Positions 1-8,629 of a DNA stretch of 64,000 nucleotides are shown here, in pieces. The position numbers were made by a program, and so were the translations under genes. The first letter of the stretch is position 1. Every line of letters starts with the position of its first letter. Below the pieces are notes generated by a model. It did no database searches. It was not told where the DNA came from and saw only the letters and a program-made list of their open reading frames with translations. Source of the stretch: a virus; IMG/VR virus record IMGVR_UViG_3300044613_003659, positions 32,001-96,000 of that record. One strand, written 5' to 3'.

Positions 1-472
1 AATAAAGACTGAATCCTGCTATATCTGGTTTAAATTCTACAATACGATCTATTTCTTCTAATAAAATATCTTCTATTAAAGGATGAACTTCTGTCCAATA
101 AACATCTTGGTCCCATTTCCAATCAAGGTAAGGGCTCCACAAATCTTTTGCTTTATGATAACACAACACATTTAGATCATAGGCACATGATTTAAAACCA
201 GCACTTTTAGCTAAAGCTGTAAGACGTGCAATATTGTAAGGGGCAATGTGCGGGCTCCAAAAAGGAGCCATAATCATAGCCACTTTCTTTGTCCTAGTCA
301 CAGGATTAATAATTACAGAACTTAAATTTTTCTGGGGGTTAACTCGGCTAAGTTCGGCTACCCTAGCTAGCATTTGAGTATGAGGGTTTTGATCTGGGCC
401 ATACAACTGTATGCCATCTACCGGTTCTTCGGAAGCAGAATTTTGAATTTCGATTATATTTTTAGAAATCAT
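1..472 (-). CDS. B12-binding radical SAM protein, N-terminal part (runs off the window edge; paralog of 32742-34751)
   Basis: Manual translation from ATG at 472 gives PQKNLSSVIINPVTRTKKVAMIMAPFWSPHIAPYNIARLTALAKSAGFK, which aligns by eye with PQKNLSTVEINNITRKTHIAFVLMPKWAVFFAPYNVARLAAVTRAAGYK in the 669-aa ORF. Confidence 0.8.
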   Translation of the reverse strand, partial: MISKNIIEIQNSASEEPVDGIQLYGPDQNPHTQMLARVAELSRVNPQKNLSSVIINPVTRTKKVAMIMAPFWSPHIAPYNIARLTALAKSAGFKSCAYDLNVLCYHKAKDLWSPYLDWKWDQDVYWTEVHPLIEDILLEEIDRIVEFKPDIAGFSLY

Positions 473-514
473 TTACAAGATATTTAGTAATCAACAACTG
501 CAATGATTACATAA

Positions 515-591
515 TGGTTGCGGAGAACAGGAATCGAACCTGATGTCTTCAGCTTATGAGACTGACGAGTAAACCGTTTCTCCCCTCCGCC
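515..591 (-). tRNA. tRNA-Met(CAT), possibly initiator-type
   Basis: Cloverleaf, loop CT-CAT-AA, encoded CCA. The G1:A72 mismatch is fMet-like, but the three G:C pairs of the initiator anticodon stem are absent. Confidence 0.85.
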
Positions 592-675
592 ACAGTTTAT
601 CGAAAGCGTTTCAACAACTGTTTAAAACGCCATTTGATGTAATAGGGAATTTCACGTAATGGTATTGTAAACATA

Positions 676-867
676 TTATACCGAATCCTTGTTTGAACTA
701 TCTTTCCTAAAGTTAATAATTTCATCTACCATGATAATTACCCAGCCAAGAAAAGCAGTCATGTATGCCTGACTGGCAACATAATTTTCATCGTAATAGG
801 TTATATAGCAATTTGCAATAATTGTTAAAACAACAATAAAAGGAAAACCCACTCTAACGTATTTCAT
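676..867 (-). CDS. small membrane protein
   Basis: AGGAG SD, two hydrophobic segments. Confidence 0.6.
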   Translation of the reverse strand: MKYVRVGFPFIVVLTIIANCYITYYDENYVASQAYMTAFLGWVIIMVDEIINFRKDSSNKDSV

Positions 868-891
868 AATCTACTCCTAAAATTAAAAGTT

Positions 892-965
892 TGGCTCCGG
901 TGGAGAGAATCGAACTCCCACTAACGGTTTTGGAGACCGCCGCACTGCCATTATACTACACCGGA
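892..965 (-). tRNA. tRNA-Trp(CCA)
   Basis: Loop CT-CCA-AA, TTCGA T-loop, CCA end. Confidence 0.93.
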
Positions 966-970
966 CAGGA

Positions 971-1228
971 TTACTCTGGATTTTTAACCATGTTGGAAAT
1001 CATTGTTTCTCTGCGCTCTTGAATCTCTTTGATTTTTTCTTCACTCTCTAGCTGGCCCAAATTGATTGAATAAATTACCCAGACCATCCAAACAAAAACC
1101 GAAAAGATAAACAAATTAAAAAGAGTTTCGGCATCCAATTGAAACAATGCTACGATTGCAATTGGTCCTAATGCTGCAACAGCTATCATGCCCACAGTAC
1201 GAAGAATTGCTCGAGTTCGAATATTCAT
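971..1228 (-). CDS. small membrane protein
   Basis: AGGAG SD, two TM segments; sigma70-like TTGACA...TAAAAT upstream. Confidence 0.65.
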   Translation of the reverse strand: MNIRTRAILRTVGMIAVAALGPIAIVALFQLDAETLFNLFIFSVFVWMVWVIYSINLGQLESEEKIKEIQERRETMISNMVKNPE

Positions 1229-1283
1229 TACTACTCCTAATTAACTAATGTACTTAACATTTTACTTGAAGTTCTAATAAATG

Positions 1284-1583
1284 TCAATTATATCCGCGAA
1301 CAATATCATCCTCATCGTAATAATGGAATTTGTCCTGTAAGAATCGTTTTTCTTGTATTGTTATTTCTTTGAACCATTTTCTAGGATTACCGCAAATAGA
1401 ACAATTAGAATCACCGCAGTTTAAAATATGTTTTTTATGATTGCGATGTGGTTGAGTTATATACTTCCATTTTGTGTTTTGGTGCATGAGATAATCTTTG
1501 GCTATCTTTATCTGTCTTTCGATCGCTGTATCGTCTCGATACCTACGAGTACTATTTTTAATTTTATCATTTTCGTTTGACAT
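1284..1583 (-). CDS. hypothetical protein with Cys cluster (CGDSNCSICGNPRK)
   Basis: Start moved to MSNEND (AGGAG SD) because the longer ORF overlaps tRNA-Ser. Confidence 0.65.
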   Translation of the reverse strand: MSNENDKIKNSTRRYRDDTAIERQIKIAKDYLMHQNTKWKYITQPHRNHKKHILNCGDSNCSICGNPRKWFKEITIQEKRFLQDKFHYYDEDDIVRGYN

Positions 1584-1601
1584 ACTTGCTCCTGTAAAAT
1601 C

Positions 1602-1692
1602 TGGCGGAAGCGGACGGAGTCGAACCCTCAAGGCGCCATTAACGCTCAACTGTTTTCAAGACAGGTACCATCACCAATTGGTTTGCGCTTCC
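1602..1692 (-). tRNA. tRNA-Ser(TGA)
   Basis: Loop CT-TGA-AA, long variable arm, CCA. Confidence 0.93.
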
Positions 1693-2330
1693 TTGTGACT
1701 ATTAAAACGACTTTCAATTATCTCTTTGAGTTTATGATAATAAGCCAATTGTCCGGCCGGGCCATCATGTCCATTCCACCCATATAAATCATAATCCCAT
1801 GGTTTTATTCCGCTGTATGTTTCATGAAAATTATATCTAGAATACTGATATAAGTTTAATATTCTAGGATTATCTTTGATGTAATCAAAAAACGGTTTCC
1901 GCGGTCCAAAAGGATCCCAATCAAATGCTTTTGAATTATTAATGATGTAATAATTTTTTTTGTATAAATCTAAGCAAGAAACAACACCGACGATTTGACT
2001 GTACGCTATTAGCTCTGCGGTTTCAAAATCAATTCTGCTGATAGCTTCTGGTGTTAATATCTCTTGAAATTTATCTGACTTACATTGCTCTAAATCTAGT
2101 CTGTTTAATGAAGTAAGATTTATTATATAAAAAGTATCAGAATCTAAATTTGATAACAAATGACGATACACTCGTTGGATAATTAAGTTGTTGCTAGAAC
2201 CATGGCCGGAATCATTTACGATAGTTTTTGCTCCCATATCTAATGCAAGATAATGCCAATACATTTGTTCATTGGTTATTATGCCGGGCTGCTCTGAAGT
2301 AAAACTACATCCAGAATTATAAAGTATCAT
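1671..2330 (-). CDS. SGNH/GDSL-like hypothetical protein
   Basis: N-terminal GCSFT, GSSN block, C-terminal NGHDG. Confidence 0.55.
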   Translation of the reverse strand: MILYNSGCSFTSEQPGIITNEQMYWHYLALDMGAKTIVNDSGHGSSNNLIIQRVYRHLLSNLDSDTFYIINLTSLNRLDLEQCKSDKFQEILTPEAISRIDFETAELIAYSQIVGVVSCLDLYKKNYYIINNSKAFDWDPFGPRKPFFDYIKDNPRILNLYQYSRYNFHETYSGIKPWDYDLYGWNGHDGPAGQLAYYHKLKEIIESRFNSHKEAQTNW

Positions 2331-2625
2331 ATGCAGTTACCTCTTTGTTACCTTTCCAGTACATTTATTATCAATTGCTAGTCAGACCAAGTTAAAATAA
2401 ACAATGTTCTATCCTGATCCCACTTGAATGCAACACCTATATTATAAAGTGCTTGACAATCATCATAGGCCCATCGAGCATATCTTGGGCCTACACATTC
2501 ACGTAACCACGATTCAATTGACAATAATCCTTCTATCCAGTCTAACTGAGCTGAATTGCTGATTGGCCACGGTATTTGGGCATGGTATCGGAAAGCATGA
2601 CTGTCCACTAACATGCAGATATTTA

Positions 2626-2703
2626 TGGAGCATCGGGCGTGATTCGAACACGCGGTTGTACAGTTTTGCAGACTGCTGCTTTGGACCACTCAGCCACCGA
2701 TGC
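2626..2703 (-). tRNA. tRNA-Cys(GCA)
   Basis: Loop CT-GCA-AA, U73, CCA. Confidence 0.92.
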
Positions 2704-2711
2704 ATCAAATT

Positions 2712-2786
2712 TGGTCCGGCGTAAGGGAATCGAACCCCTATTTAAAGATTAGAAGTCTTCTGTATTATCCATTATACGAACGCCAG
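2712..2786 (-). tRNA. tRNA-Arg(TCT)
   Basis: Loop CT-TCT-AA, CCA. Confidence 0.92.
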
Positions 2787-2793
2787 TAAAACT

Positions 2794-2870
2794 TGGTGGG
2801 CCGGGTGAGACTCGAACTCACTGTCCCCCGATTATGAGTCGGACGCTTATACCAATTAAGCTTCCGGCCC
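2794..2870 (-). tRNA. tRNA(CAT), probably Ile2 (lysidine type)
   Basis: Loop CT-CAT-AA; GGGCC acceptor start resembles bacterial Ile2. Ile versus Met identity is inferred. Confidence 0.8.
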
Positions 2871-2877
2871 TACAACT

Positions 2878-2962
2878 TGGTGCGACTGGCCGGAATCGAA
2901 CCGGCACGACTTTCGTCGGCAGATTTTAAGTCTGCTGTGTATACCTGTTTCACCACAGTCGC
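2878..2962 (-). tRNA. tRNA-Leu(TAA)
   Basis: Loop CT-TAA-AA, variable arm, CCA. Confidence 0.93.
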
Positions 2963-2970
2963 ATTTTAAA

Positions 2971-3049
2971 TGGTCCGGGAAGTGGGATTCGAACTCACGA
3001 TCTCCTGCTCCCAAAGCAGGCGCTTTAAGCCAGACTAAGCTACACCCGG
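2971..3049 (-). tRNA. tRNA-Pro(TGG)
   Basis: Loop TT-TGG-GA, CCA. Confidence 0.93.
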
Positions 3050-3057
3050 ATAATTTT

Positions 3058-3282
3058 TTATTCTTCCTCGCTTGAATTAAAATATGCTATTATTTTACTA
3101 CGAGCTTCTGCTTCTGTCAAGGCCGGAACAGTTACGGTAGCTGTTCCGTTTTTAATACTAATATCAAATGGTACACGACCATTAGGCATCCAATTTTCTT
3201 CTACAGGAACACTGATAGTAAACTCCTGTAAGTTCATTAATCTGTCAATTACGCTTTTTGTAAGATCGCTTGGACGTGGCAT
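3058..3282 (-). CDS. hypothetical protein
   Basis: AAGGA SD; fills the gap between two tRNAs. Confidence 0.6.
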   Translation of the reverse strand: MPRPSDLTKSVIDRLMNLQEFTISVPVEENWMPNGRVPFDISIKNGTATVTVPALTEAEARSKIIAYFNSSEEE

Positions 3283-3293
3283 AAAGTATCCTT

Positions 3294-3367
3294 TGGTGCC
3301 CCTTGACAGAATCGAACTGCCATCAGAGGATTACAAATCCACTGTATTACCATTATACTAAAAGGGC
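3294..3367 (-). tRNA. tRNA-Thr(TGT)
   Basis: Loop TT-TGT-AA, CCA. Confidence 0.92.
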
Positions 3368-3373
3368 CGAATT

Positions 3374-3468
3374 TGGCGGAGAGTGAGGGATTCGAACCCT
3401 CGATACAGGTTTTAGCCCGTATGTCTTCTTAGCAGGAAGGTGGTTTCAGCCAGCTCACCCAACTCTCC
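3374..3468 (-). tRNA. tRNA-Ser(GCT)
   Basis: Loop CT-GCT-AA, long variable arm, CCA. Confidence 0.93.
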
Positions 3469-3509
3469 AATAACATTATTATATAGTTGAGTAATAGTCC
3501 TGTCAACAA

Positions 3510-4112
3510 TTACATGATAGGACCATTACCGTTACGCATTTCAATTGTACCACCTTCTGCCTTGATTCTTTTAATCAAGTCTTCAAGCAAGATAGGTGCA
3601 AAGTCAGTTTGTTCTACACATACACAATGATAGCGAGGATCAATTCGTTCTCGAACACCCCATTCCATGAACTCCATCATAGAACTAGCTCTGCGCATCA
3701 CACGGTTGGCATGAAGGTGACCGTGTACATTTACACCGAAGCGACCCAGGCTTTCTTCATGTATAGGTATATGACTCAAGATCATGCCACTCATCACATG
3801 ATAGCCACGAATATCTCTAAAGTATTTGGTGTAGTCCTCTAGTTTAAAAATATCATGGTTACCACGGATTAACACTTTGTCGCCGTTGAGACGGCCGAGT
3901 GTGGTCAAATGTTTCCTATTAATAACTACATCACCTAGGTGATATACTTTGTCCTTAGGTCTAACACGCTCGTTCCAGGCTTGGACCATGAACTCGTCCA
4001 TTTCCTCAGGGTCATCCCATGGGCGCAGTTTGGTAATACCGTCATTGCGTAGGAATCTGCAGACGCCGGCGTGACCAAAATGCGTGTCACTTATTAAAAA
4101 AGTTGCCGGCAT
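3510..4112 (-). CDS. calcineurin-like metallophosphoesterase
   Basis: SDTHFGH, HLGD, GNHD and HGHLH motifs. Confidence 0.9.
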   Translation of the reverse strand: MPATFLISDTHFGHAGVCRFLRNDGITKLRPWDDPEEMDEFMVQAWNERVRPKDKVYHLGDVVINRKHLTTLGRLNGDKVLIRGNHDIFKLEDYTKYFRDIRGYHVMSGMILSHIPIHEESLGRFGVNVHGHLHANRVMRRASSMMEFMEWGVRERIDPRYHCVCVEQTDFAPILLEDLIKRIKAEGGTIEMRNGNGPIM

Positions 4113-4125
4113 CTTGTTCTCCTTG

Positions 4126-4431
4126 TTATGCTACTAGCCACTTGGTGTTGGCTTTTAATTCAATTGATTCCGCACCATCAAATTCGTCAATTCTAAACTC
4201 TGTGCCTTGATCTATCCATTCAACAGTTAAATCGTCTAATCCACCAAAATATTCGTTTGGATATTTCAATGTTAGGTAGTGTTCTATTTTGTCTAGTTCT
4301 TTGGCCTCAAGCCATAATACAATACTAGGGTCATAAAGCAGTTCCTCTATTTTGTGCCAAGAATACCAACCGGCACCGTAGTCAGGCGATACGAGAACTG
4401 CTACCTTTCCGTCACGGATTAACTTATTCAT
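4126..4431 (-). CDS. hypothetical phage protein
   Basis: ORF track; translationally coupled to the upstream ORF. Confidence 0.65.
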   Translation of the reverse strand: MNKLIRDGKVAVLVSPDYGAGWYSWHKIEELLYDPSIVLWLEAKELDKIEHYLTLKYPNEYFGGLDDLTVEWIDQGTEFRIDEFDGAESIELKANTKWLVA

Positions 4432-4602
4432 TACAATAACACATTACATGCCTCGTAAAACTTGGTAATATTAAATCTCGTATTAATTTTCATACATGCA
4501 GCGGCTACCGCTGTCGCTGCTTCTACTCTAGTGTTTCTATCTGCAATTTCACTAATATGTTTTGCTATCAACTCAAAGTCTTTTCTAGACATCGTCATCT
4601 CC

Positions 4603-4914
4603 TTAGGCCCAAACAAGTTCACGTGCTGGAAATTCAATCCGGCCATCAAACTCAAGTTGGTCACGCTCAAATTGGGTTAGATAGTCATCGGCTACAATAT
4701 TGAAATCAACAATGTGTTCACGGAAGTACGCACTGTCTTCTTCAATCTGACTACGCAAAGCCATAACAGCCTGGGTCACATCTTTGCCTCGAAAATTCTT
4801 GACCACATAGTCGTTGCCGCCTTTGGCTTTCCAATACTCAGGGCACTCGCCTTTGCCGTCCCAATCGTGGGCGCCGTAGTTTTCGTAAACTTGGGTAGTG
4901 ATTACTAGTTTCAT
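4603..4914 (-). CDS. hypothetical early phage protein
   Basis: AAGGAG SD directly below the early promoter at 4943-4971. Confidence 0.7.
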   Translation of the reverse strand: MKLVITTQVYENYGAHDWDGKGECPEYWKAKGGNDYVVKNFRGKDVTQAVMALRSQIEEDSAYFREHIVDFNIVADDYLTQFERDQLEFDGRIEFPARELVWA

Positions 4915-4942
4915 AACAGCTCCTTTGCTTTACTATACCTGT

Positions 4943-5022
4943 ATTATAGCAAAATGAGCCATTATGGTCTACCGTTTTGTTTTGTTGCAAGAATAGCAAC
5001 AAACGTTGCTAGAATAGTAACA
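4943..5022 (-). promoter_or_regulatory. early sigma70-type promoter with two upstream GTTGC-N7-GCAAC-type palindromes
   Basis: TAGACC-17 nt-TATAAT (4971-4943); palindromes at 4983-5001 and 5004-5022. Confidence 0.75.
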
Positions 5023-5028
5023 ATGTAG

Positions 5029-5102
5029 TGGAGCGGGGTAAGAGAATCGAACTCTCAGCATGAGCTTGGAAGGCTCAGGTATTACCATTATACGAACCCC
5101 GC
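5029..5102 (-). tRNA. tRNA-Gly(TCC)
   Basis: Loop CT-TCC-AA, CCA. Confidence 0.93.
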
Positions 5103-5110
5103 ATAAAATT

Positions 5111-5185
5111 TGGCGGTCGGTACGGGAGTCGAACCCGTGACTACGGCGTGACAGGCCATTATTATCACCGTTTAACTAACCGACC
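5111..5185 (-). tRNA. tRNA-Asp(GTC)
   Basis: Loop CT-GTC-AC, G73, CCA. Confidence 0.92.
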
Positions 5186-5191
5186 TACAAC

Positions 5192-5268
5192 TGGCTCCAG
5201 GAATAGGAATCGAACCTATCTGATGAACGGATTAACAGTCCGCTGCCCCACCTTGTGGCCGTCCTGGA
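5192..5268 (-). tRNA. tRNA-Asn(GTT)
   Basis: Loop CT-GTT-AA, CCA. Confidence 0.92.
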
Positions 5269-5275
5269 ATAAAAC

Positions 5276-5349
5276 TGGTGCCTCGTGATGGAATCGAACC
5301 ACCGTAACCACCGTGTAAGGATGGAGTTCTACCATTAAACTAACGAGGC
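5276..5349 (-). tRNA. tRNA-Val(TAC)
   Basis: Loop CT-TAC-AC, CCA. Confidence 0.92.
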
Positions 5350-5350
5350 T

Positions 5351-5647
5351 TTAAATATATCTATCAATGTTTAGTCCTACTGCACTAGCACGTTGAACTA
5401 ATCTTTGTTCTTTGATACTTTCGCCAAAGGCATAAAGTCTTAAAAATTCTGTTTGTTTGTCATAATCATAATTTCGCTGTAACCTTGTGGCTTCTTGAAT
5501 TGCCATCAAATGGGCTAATTCTCTCATTTCCTGCTGATCAATGTCCTTGCGTTTCATGTCCATAAGAACCTGCACTCGCTGACCAATCATTTGATAATCA
5601 TTCAAATAAGCATAAGGCACACGATATATAATCATAACTATTCCCAA
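5351..5647 (-). CDS. hypothetical protein
   Basis: ORF fills the gap between two tRNAs; start uncertain. Confidence 0.55.
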   Translation of the reverse strand: MGIVMIIYRVPYAYLNDYQMIGQRVQVLMDMKRKDIDQQEMRELAHLMAIQEATRLQRNYDYDKQTEFLRLYAFGESIKEQRLVQRASAVGLNIDRYI

Positions 5648-5649
5648 TT

Positions 5650-5734
5650 TGGTGGGGATGGAAGGAATCGAACCTACTCACCCGAAAGAACTGATTTACA
5701 GTCAGCCGCCACTCTCCAACTTAGCCGCATCCCC
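5650..5734 (-). tRNA. tRNA-Tyr(GTA)
   Basis: Loop CT-GTA-AA, variable arm, CCA. Confidence 0.93.
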
Positions 5735-5735
5735 T

Positions 5736-6380
5736 CTATTGCCAAAATTTAATTATTCTACCAGATATGTTAGAATTGAAAGTATTTAAATTTTCATAAA
5801 TTCTACTGATAGTTTTTGACAGTTTTTCACTGTTATCATATTCAAAATGTGTGGAAATAGAATAGACTATAACACCTTTATCATTATGTTTAGCTAGTGC
5901 AAACATTAAATGAGTTTGTGCCGCTTTACCTCCAGGATGACCTACTGAACTGGTAGCAAAATTTCTTGGCACAGCAAAGGCCAATCCACTGGTCATAAAA
6001 ACTATTTTACTATTTTTTTCCATTTTTGTCAGTGCAATAGTAGCAATGATATGTGGAATTATAGCTTGAATAGAAAGGGTAGCTATCCAAGAATTTGTTA
6101 TTCTAGTTATATCTGCTCCTGTGCAATAATCTTCTTCGCTACAAGGGCCGTAATCTGCATTAGAATTGTAAAGAAACAAGTCAATTTTATCAATGTTCTC
6201 TATTAGCTTTTTAAATTTATTCACTACATCATGAATGTCAAAAAAATTTGCGTATAAGTGGTTTGGATTATTTCCGTAATCTTTATGACTCAATATGTAA
6301 ACATTATTACCTTCATCTCGAAATTTATCTGCAATAATTTTTCCGAACTTTTGCCCGCCGCCAATAATAACCACATTCAT
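5736..6380 (-). CDS. short-chain dehydrogenase/reductase-like (Rossmann) protein
   Basis: VIIGGGQKFG dinucleotide-binding motif, IVFMTS; HxxxK in place of YxxxK. Confidence 0.7.
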   Translation of the reverse strand: MNVVIIGGGQKFGKIIADKFRDEGNNVYILSHKDYGNNPNHLYANFFDIHDVVNKFKKLIENIDKIDLFLYNSNADYGPCSEEDYCTGADITRITNSWIATLSIQAIIPHIIATIALTKMEKNSKIVFMTSGLAFAVPRNFATSSVGHPGGKAAQTHLMFALAKHNDKGVIVYSISTHFEYDNSEKLSKTISRIYENLNTFNSNISGRIIKFWQ

Positions 6381-6398
6381 AGTAGATTCCTGATATAA

Positions 6399-6474
6399 TG
6401 GTGGAGGTGACAGGACTTGAACCCGCTACCTTGACCTTGCAAAGGTCCTGCTCTCCCAGGTGAGCTACACCCCC
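6399..6474 (-). tRNA. tRNA-Ala(TGC)
   Basis: Loop TT-TGC-AA, G3:U70, CCA. Confidence 0.93.
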
Positions 6475-6476
6475 AA

Positions 6477-6725
6477 TTATTCTTTTACGTCTTTTGCATC
6501 AACGCACGTTTCGCCTCTAAACACGTATACATCAGAGTCTACTCGCAGTTGTTCAAATACTTGATTGTTTACACAAATATATGGATCTTTGTGATTTTCC
6601 ATATAAAAGAAAATGCCATATCCAATACCCGCTAATACCATCAATACAGGTACATATTTTAAATATTTTACAATTTCGGGCATAGCACCCAAAATTTGCG
6701 GTAAGTTCTTGAGCAATTCTTTCAT
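6477..6725 (-). CDS. small membrane protein
   Basis: One TM segment; ATAAATA late-type box just upstream of the ATG. Confidence 0.55.
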   Translation of the reverse strand: MKELLKNLPQILGAMPEIVKYLKYVPVLMVLAGIGYGIFFYMENHKDPYICVNNQVFEQLRVDSDVYVFRGETCVDAKDVKE

Positions 6726-6738
6726 GCTCGTATTTATG

Positions 6739-6814
6739 TGGCACACCCAACCGGATTCGAACCGGTGTAACCACCGTGAAAGGGTGGTGTCCTAGGCCAC
6801 TAGACGATGGGTGC
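6739..6814 (-). tRNA. tRNA-Glu(TTC)
   Basis: Loop CT-TTC-AC, CCA. Confidence 0.93.
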
Positions 6815-6816
6815 AT

Positions 6817-6978
6817 CTATTTTTCAACTCTACATTCAGCATTCATTTTACTATTCACTGCTCTTAATCTTGCATTCCAAGTTTTTGCTGATTCTAAGCA
6901 CTTAAGTTCGTTAGGAAACTTTTCGTAGATAGTAAAGTTTTCAGGAAATTGTATCCAAAACACTAACACCCAAGTCAT
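6817..6978 (-). CDS. 53-aa protein with hydrophobic N-terminus and two Cys (not in ORF track)
   Basis: AGGAG SD; MTWVLVFWIQFPENF...KFPNELKC...ECRVEK. Confidence 0.6.
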   Translation of the reverse strand: MTWVLVFWIQFPENFTIYEKFPNELKCLESAKTWNARLRAVNSKMNAECRVEK

Positions 6979-7043
6979 TGCAATCTCCTGTTATGACACT
7001 TAGACCACTGGTACTTGTTAGGTAATCCAATAACCAAAAAATT

Positions 7044-7469
7044 TCATTTATCTGTTATAATTTTTTTACAGTCTAGTAACCAAAGGGCAGCATCGTCTTT
7101 ATCAATAATTAACTTTGCAACGCCATTTCTAGACCAGTAATAACTAAAAATTTTTGTATGTTGATCTGTTTCAAAATAAAACGACTCTTCCGGTAATTGC
7201 CAGGATTCTATAAAAAATCCATCTATTTCTAAACTATCAATGCGAATAAATTTATCAGCTACAATTTCACCATTACTGGTGATTGTGTCATTATCTTTCC
7301 TGTTACCTAAATGAAACTCAATAGTTGTAGGTAATGCAATATCAACATTGACGCAAAATATATCTTTCGTCTCTATTTGTTTAATTTGATTGCCAAATTT
7401 AAGTTCAAGAAACATATATTCATCAGATACCTGTCCTGCTGAAAAATTAAATTTAAAACTAGCAATCAT
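7044..7469 (-). CDS. hypothetical protein
   Basis: ORF track; coupled to the upstream ORF. Confidence 0.6.
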   Translation of the reverse strand: MIASFKFNFSAGQVSDEYMFLELKFGNQIKQIETKDIFCVNVDIALPTTIEFHLGNRKDNDTITSNGEIVADKFIRIDSLEIDGFFIESWQLPEESFYFETDQHTKIFSYYWSRNGVAKLIIDKDDAALWLLDCKKIITDK

Positions 7470-8116
7470 AAAAAGTTATTTGCAGCCAAAAAACTCTTGA
7501 CTTCTGACACCGGACTCAACCATCTCATTTGAAATACTTCTCTAAAGCCAGCATTTATAACTCCGTGATCAACTGAAGCATCAATTAAGTTTATTGTACC
7601 AGGTATTGATTGATAAGTTTCTTTATGACCTGTTACTTTATCTATGGCATAACTATATGCTTTTGGATCTGTAGAAGTTATGATTAAATTCAAGTTACAA
7701 ATTTTTTTTGATTCATTTTGAAATGGTTGTGCATTCCAAGTATATTCAGGAATTCCGTCATAATGTTTTATTAATTCTCCATAATGTTCAAAAAAACTAA
7801 ATCCTACAAAATTTAACTTTGCTTCTTTACTTTTTGTAGCAAAATTTTTTAACTCTTGAGGTAAAATATATTCTAAAAAAAGCCCTGACCAAACATAAAA
7901 ATCACAAGCGGAAACATATTTTTTTGATTTATCTACAGTCATTGAACCGTACTTACCTATGCTTCCTCTATAGGCTTGATAACCTGGTTCAAATTCTAAC
8001 TTCAATTCGTTGTTATCAATCTTTTCACGTATTCTATAATATATTTTTCTAATTCTGTCAGAATCAATTTTGATTTTTAAATTTTTTACTGGACAGCAGA
8101 GTAGATTTTTGGACAT
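7466..8116 (-). CDS. 2OG-Fe(II) oxygenase-like protein
   Basis: HxD (KHYD) ... H (DHGV) ... R pattern. Confidence 0.5.
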   Translation of the reverse strand: MSKNLLCCPVKNLKIKIDSDRIRKIYYRIREKIDNNELKLEFEPGYQAYRGSIGKYGSMTVDKSKKYVSACDFYVWSGLFLEYILPQELKNFATKSKEAKLNFVGFSFFEHYGELIKHYDGIPEYTWNAQPFQNESKKICNLNLIITSTDPKAYSYAIDKVTGHKETYQSIPGTINLIDASVDHGVINAGFREVFQMRWLSPVSEVKSFLAANNFL

Positions 8117-8173
8117 AAAATTCTTTCGTCTATTAAATATTTAATAGACTAATTTCTCAACACAAATATATTT

Positions 8174-8367
8174 TGGATGTAATTGCTTAGGCCACGCTTT
8201 TCCACGGTCGCCCCCAAGCTGAGTTGTTACCCTGTCCGAACACTAAAGGACTTTGCCGCGTAGTGTTCACGCTGCTATGTCGTCTGAGTTGCCCCGCTAA
8301 AGGTGCCATAGCCACCTGGATTTTCTCGTGCACCACACGCCACTTTCAGGAAAGTGGTAACCGGAAA
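8174..8367 (-). ncRNA. unclassified ~195-nt structured RNA
   Basis: GC-rich non-coding island with stems CCACTTT/AAAGTGG, GCTATG/CATAGC, GAACACTA/TAGTGTTC and GCTTGGG/CCTAAGC. Confidence 0.65.
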
Positions 8368-8452
8368 CCATATTGAAACACACTCATCTCGCACCGTCAT
8401 ATAGGCGATCAACTCTATACGCTTATAGGCATCAAAATGTGCTTCAATATGG
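8368..8452 (-). ncRNA. long-stem RNA element E1, starting at the CCA of tRNA-Leu
   Basis: 16-bp closing stem CCATATTGAAGCACAT/GTGTGTTTCAATATGG, fully paired on the minus strand (two G:U). Confidence 0.6.
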
Positions 8453-8530
8453 TGCCCCAGGAGGGACTCGAACCCTCACCCGAAGACTGGCTTCTAAGAC
8501 CAGCGTGTCTACCAGTTCCACCACCGGGGC
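8450..8530 (-). tRNA. tRNA-Leu(TAG)
   Basis: Loop CT-TAG-AA, CCA. Confidence 0.93.
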
Positions 8531-8629
8531 ATTTACTGCTTGATTGTTAATGAACGTTTACTGCACTATTTCATTATTATATAAAACTAGTGATTAATTG
8601 TCAACCTAAAGTGTCTTATAAATATTGCA

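Noticed and set aside
8174-8367. RNase P RNA (GGCAAAGTCC resembles GAGGAAAGTCC)
   Set aside because: No matching 3' P4 strand (ACAGAA.CCGGCTTA), and too short; kept as unclassified ncRNA.
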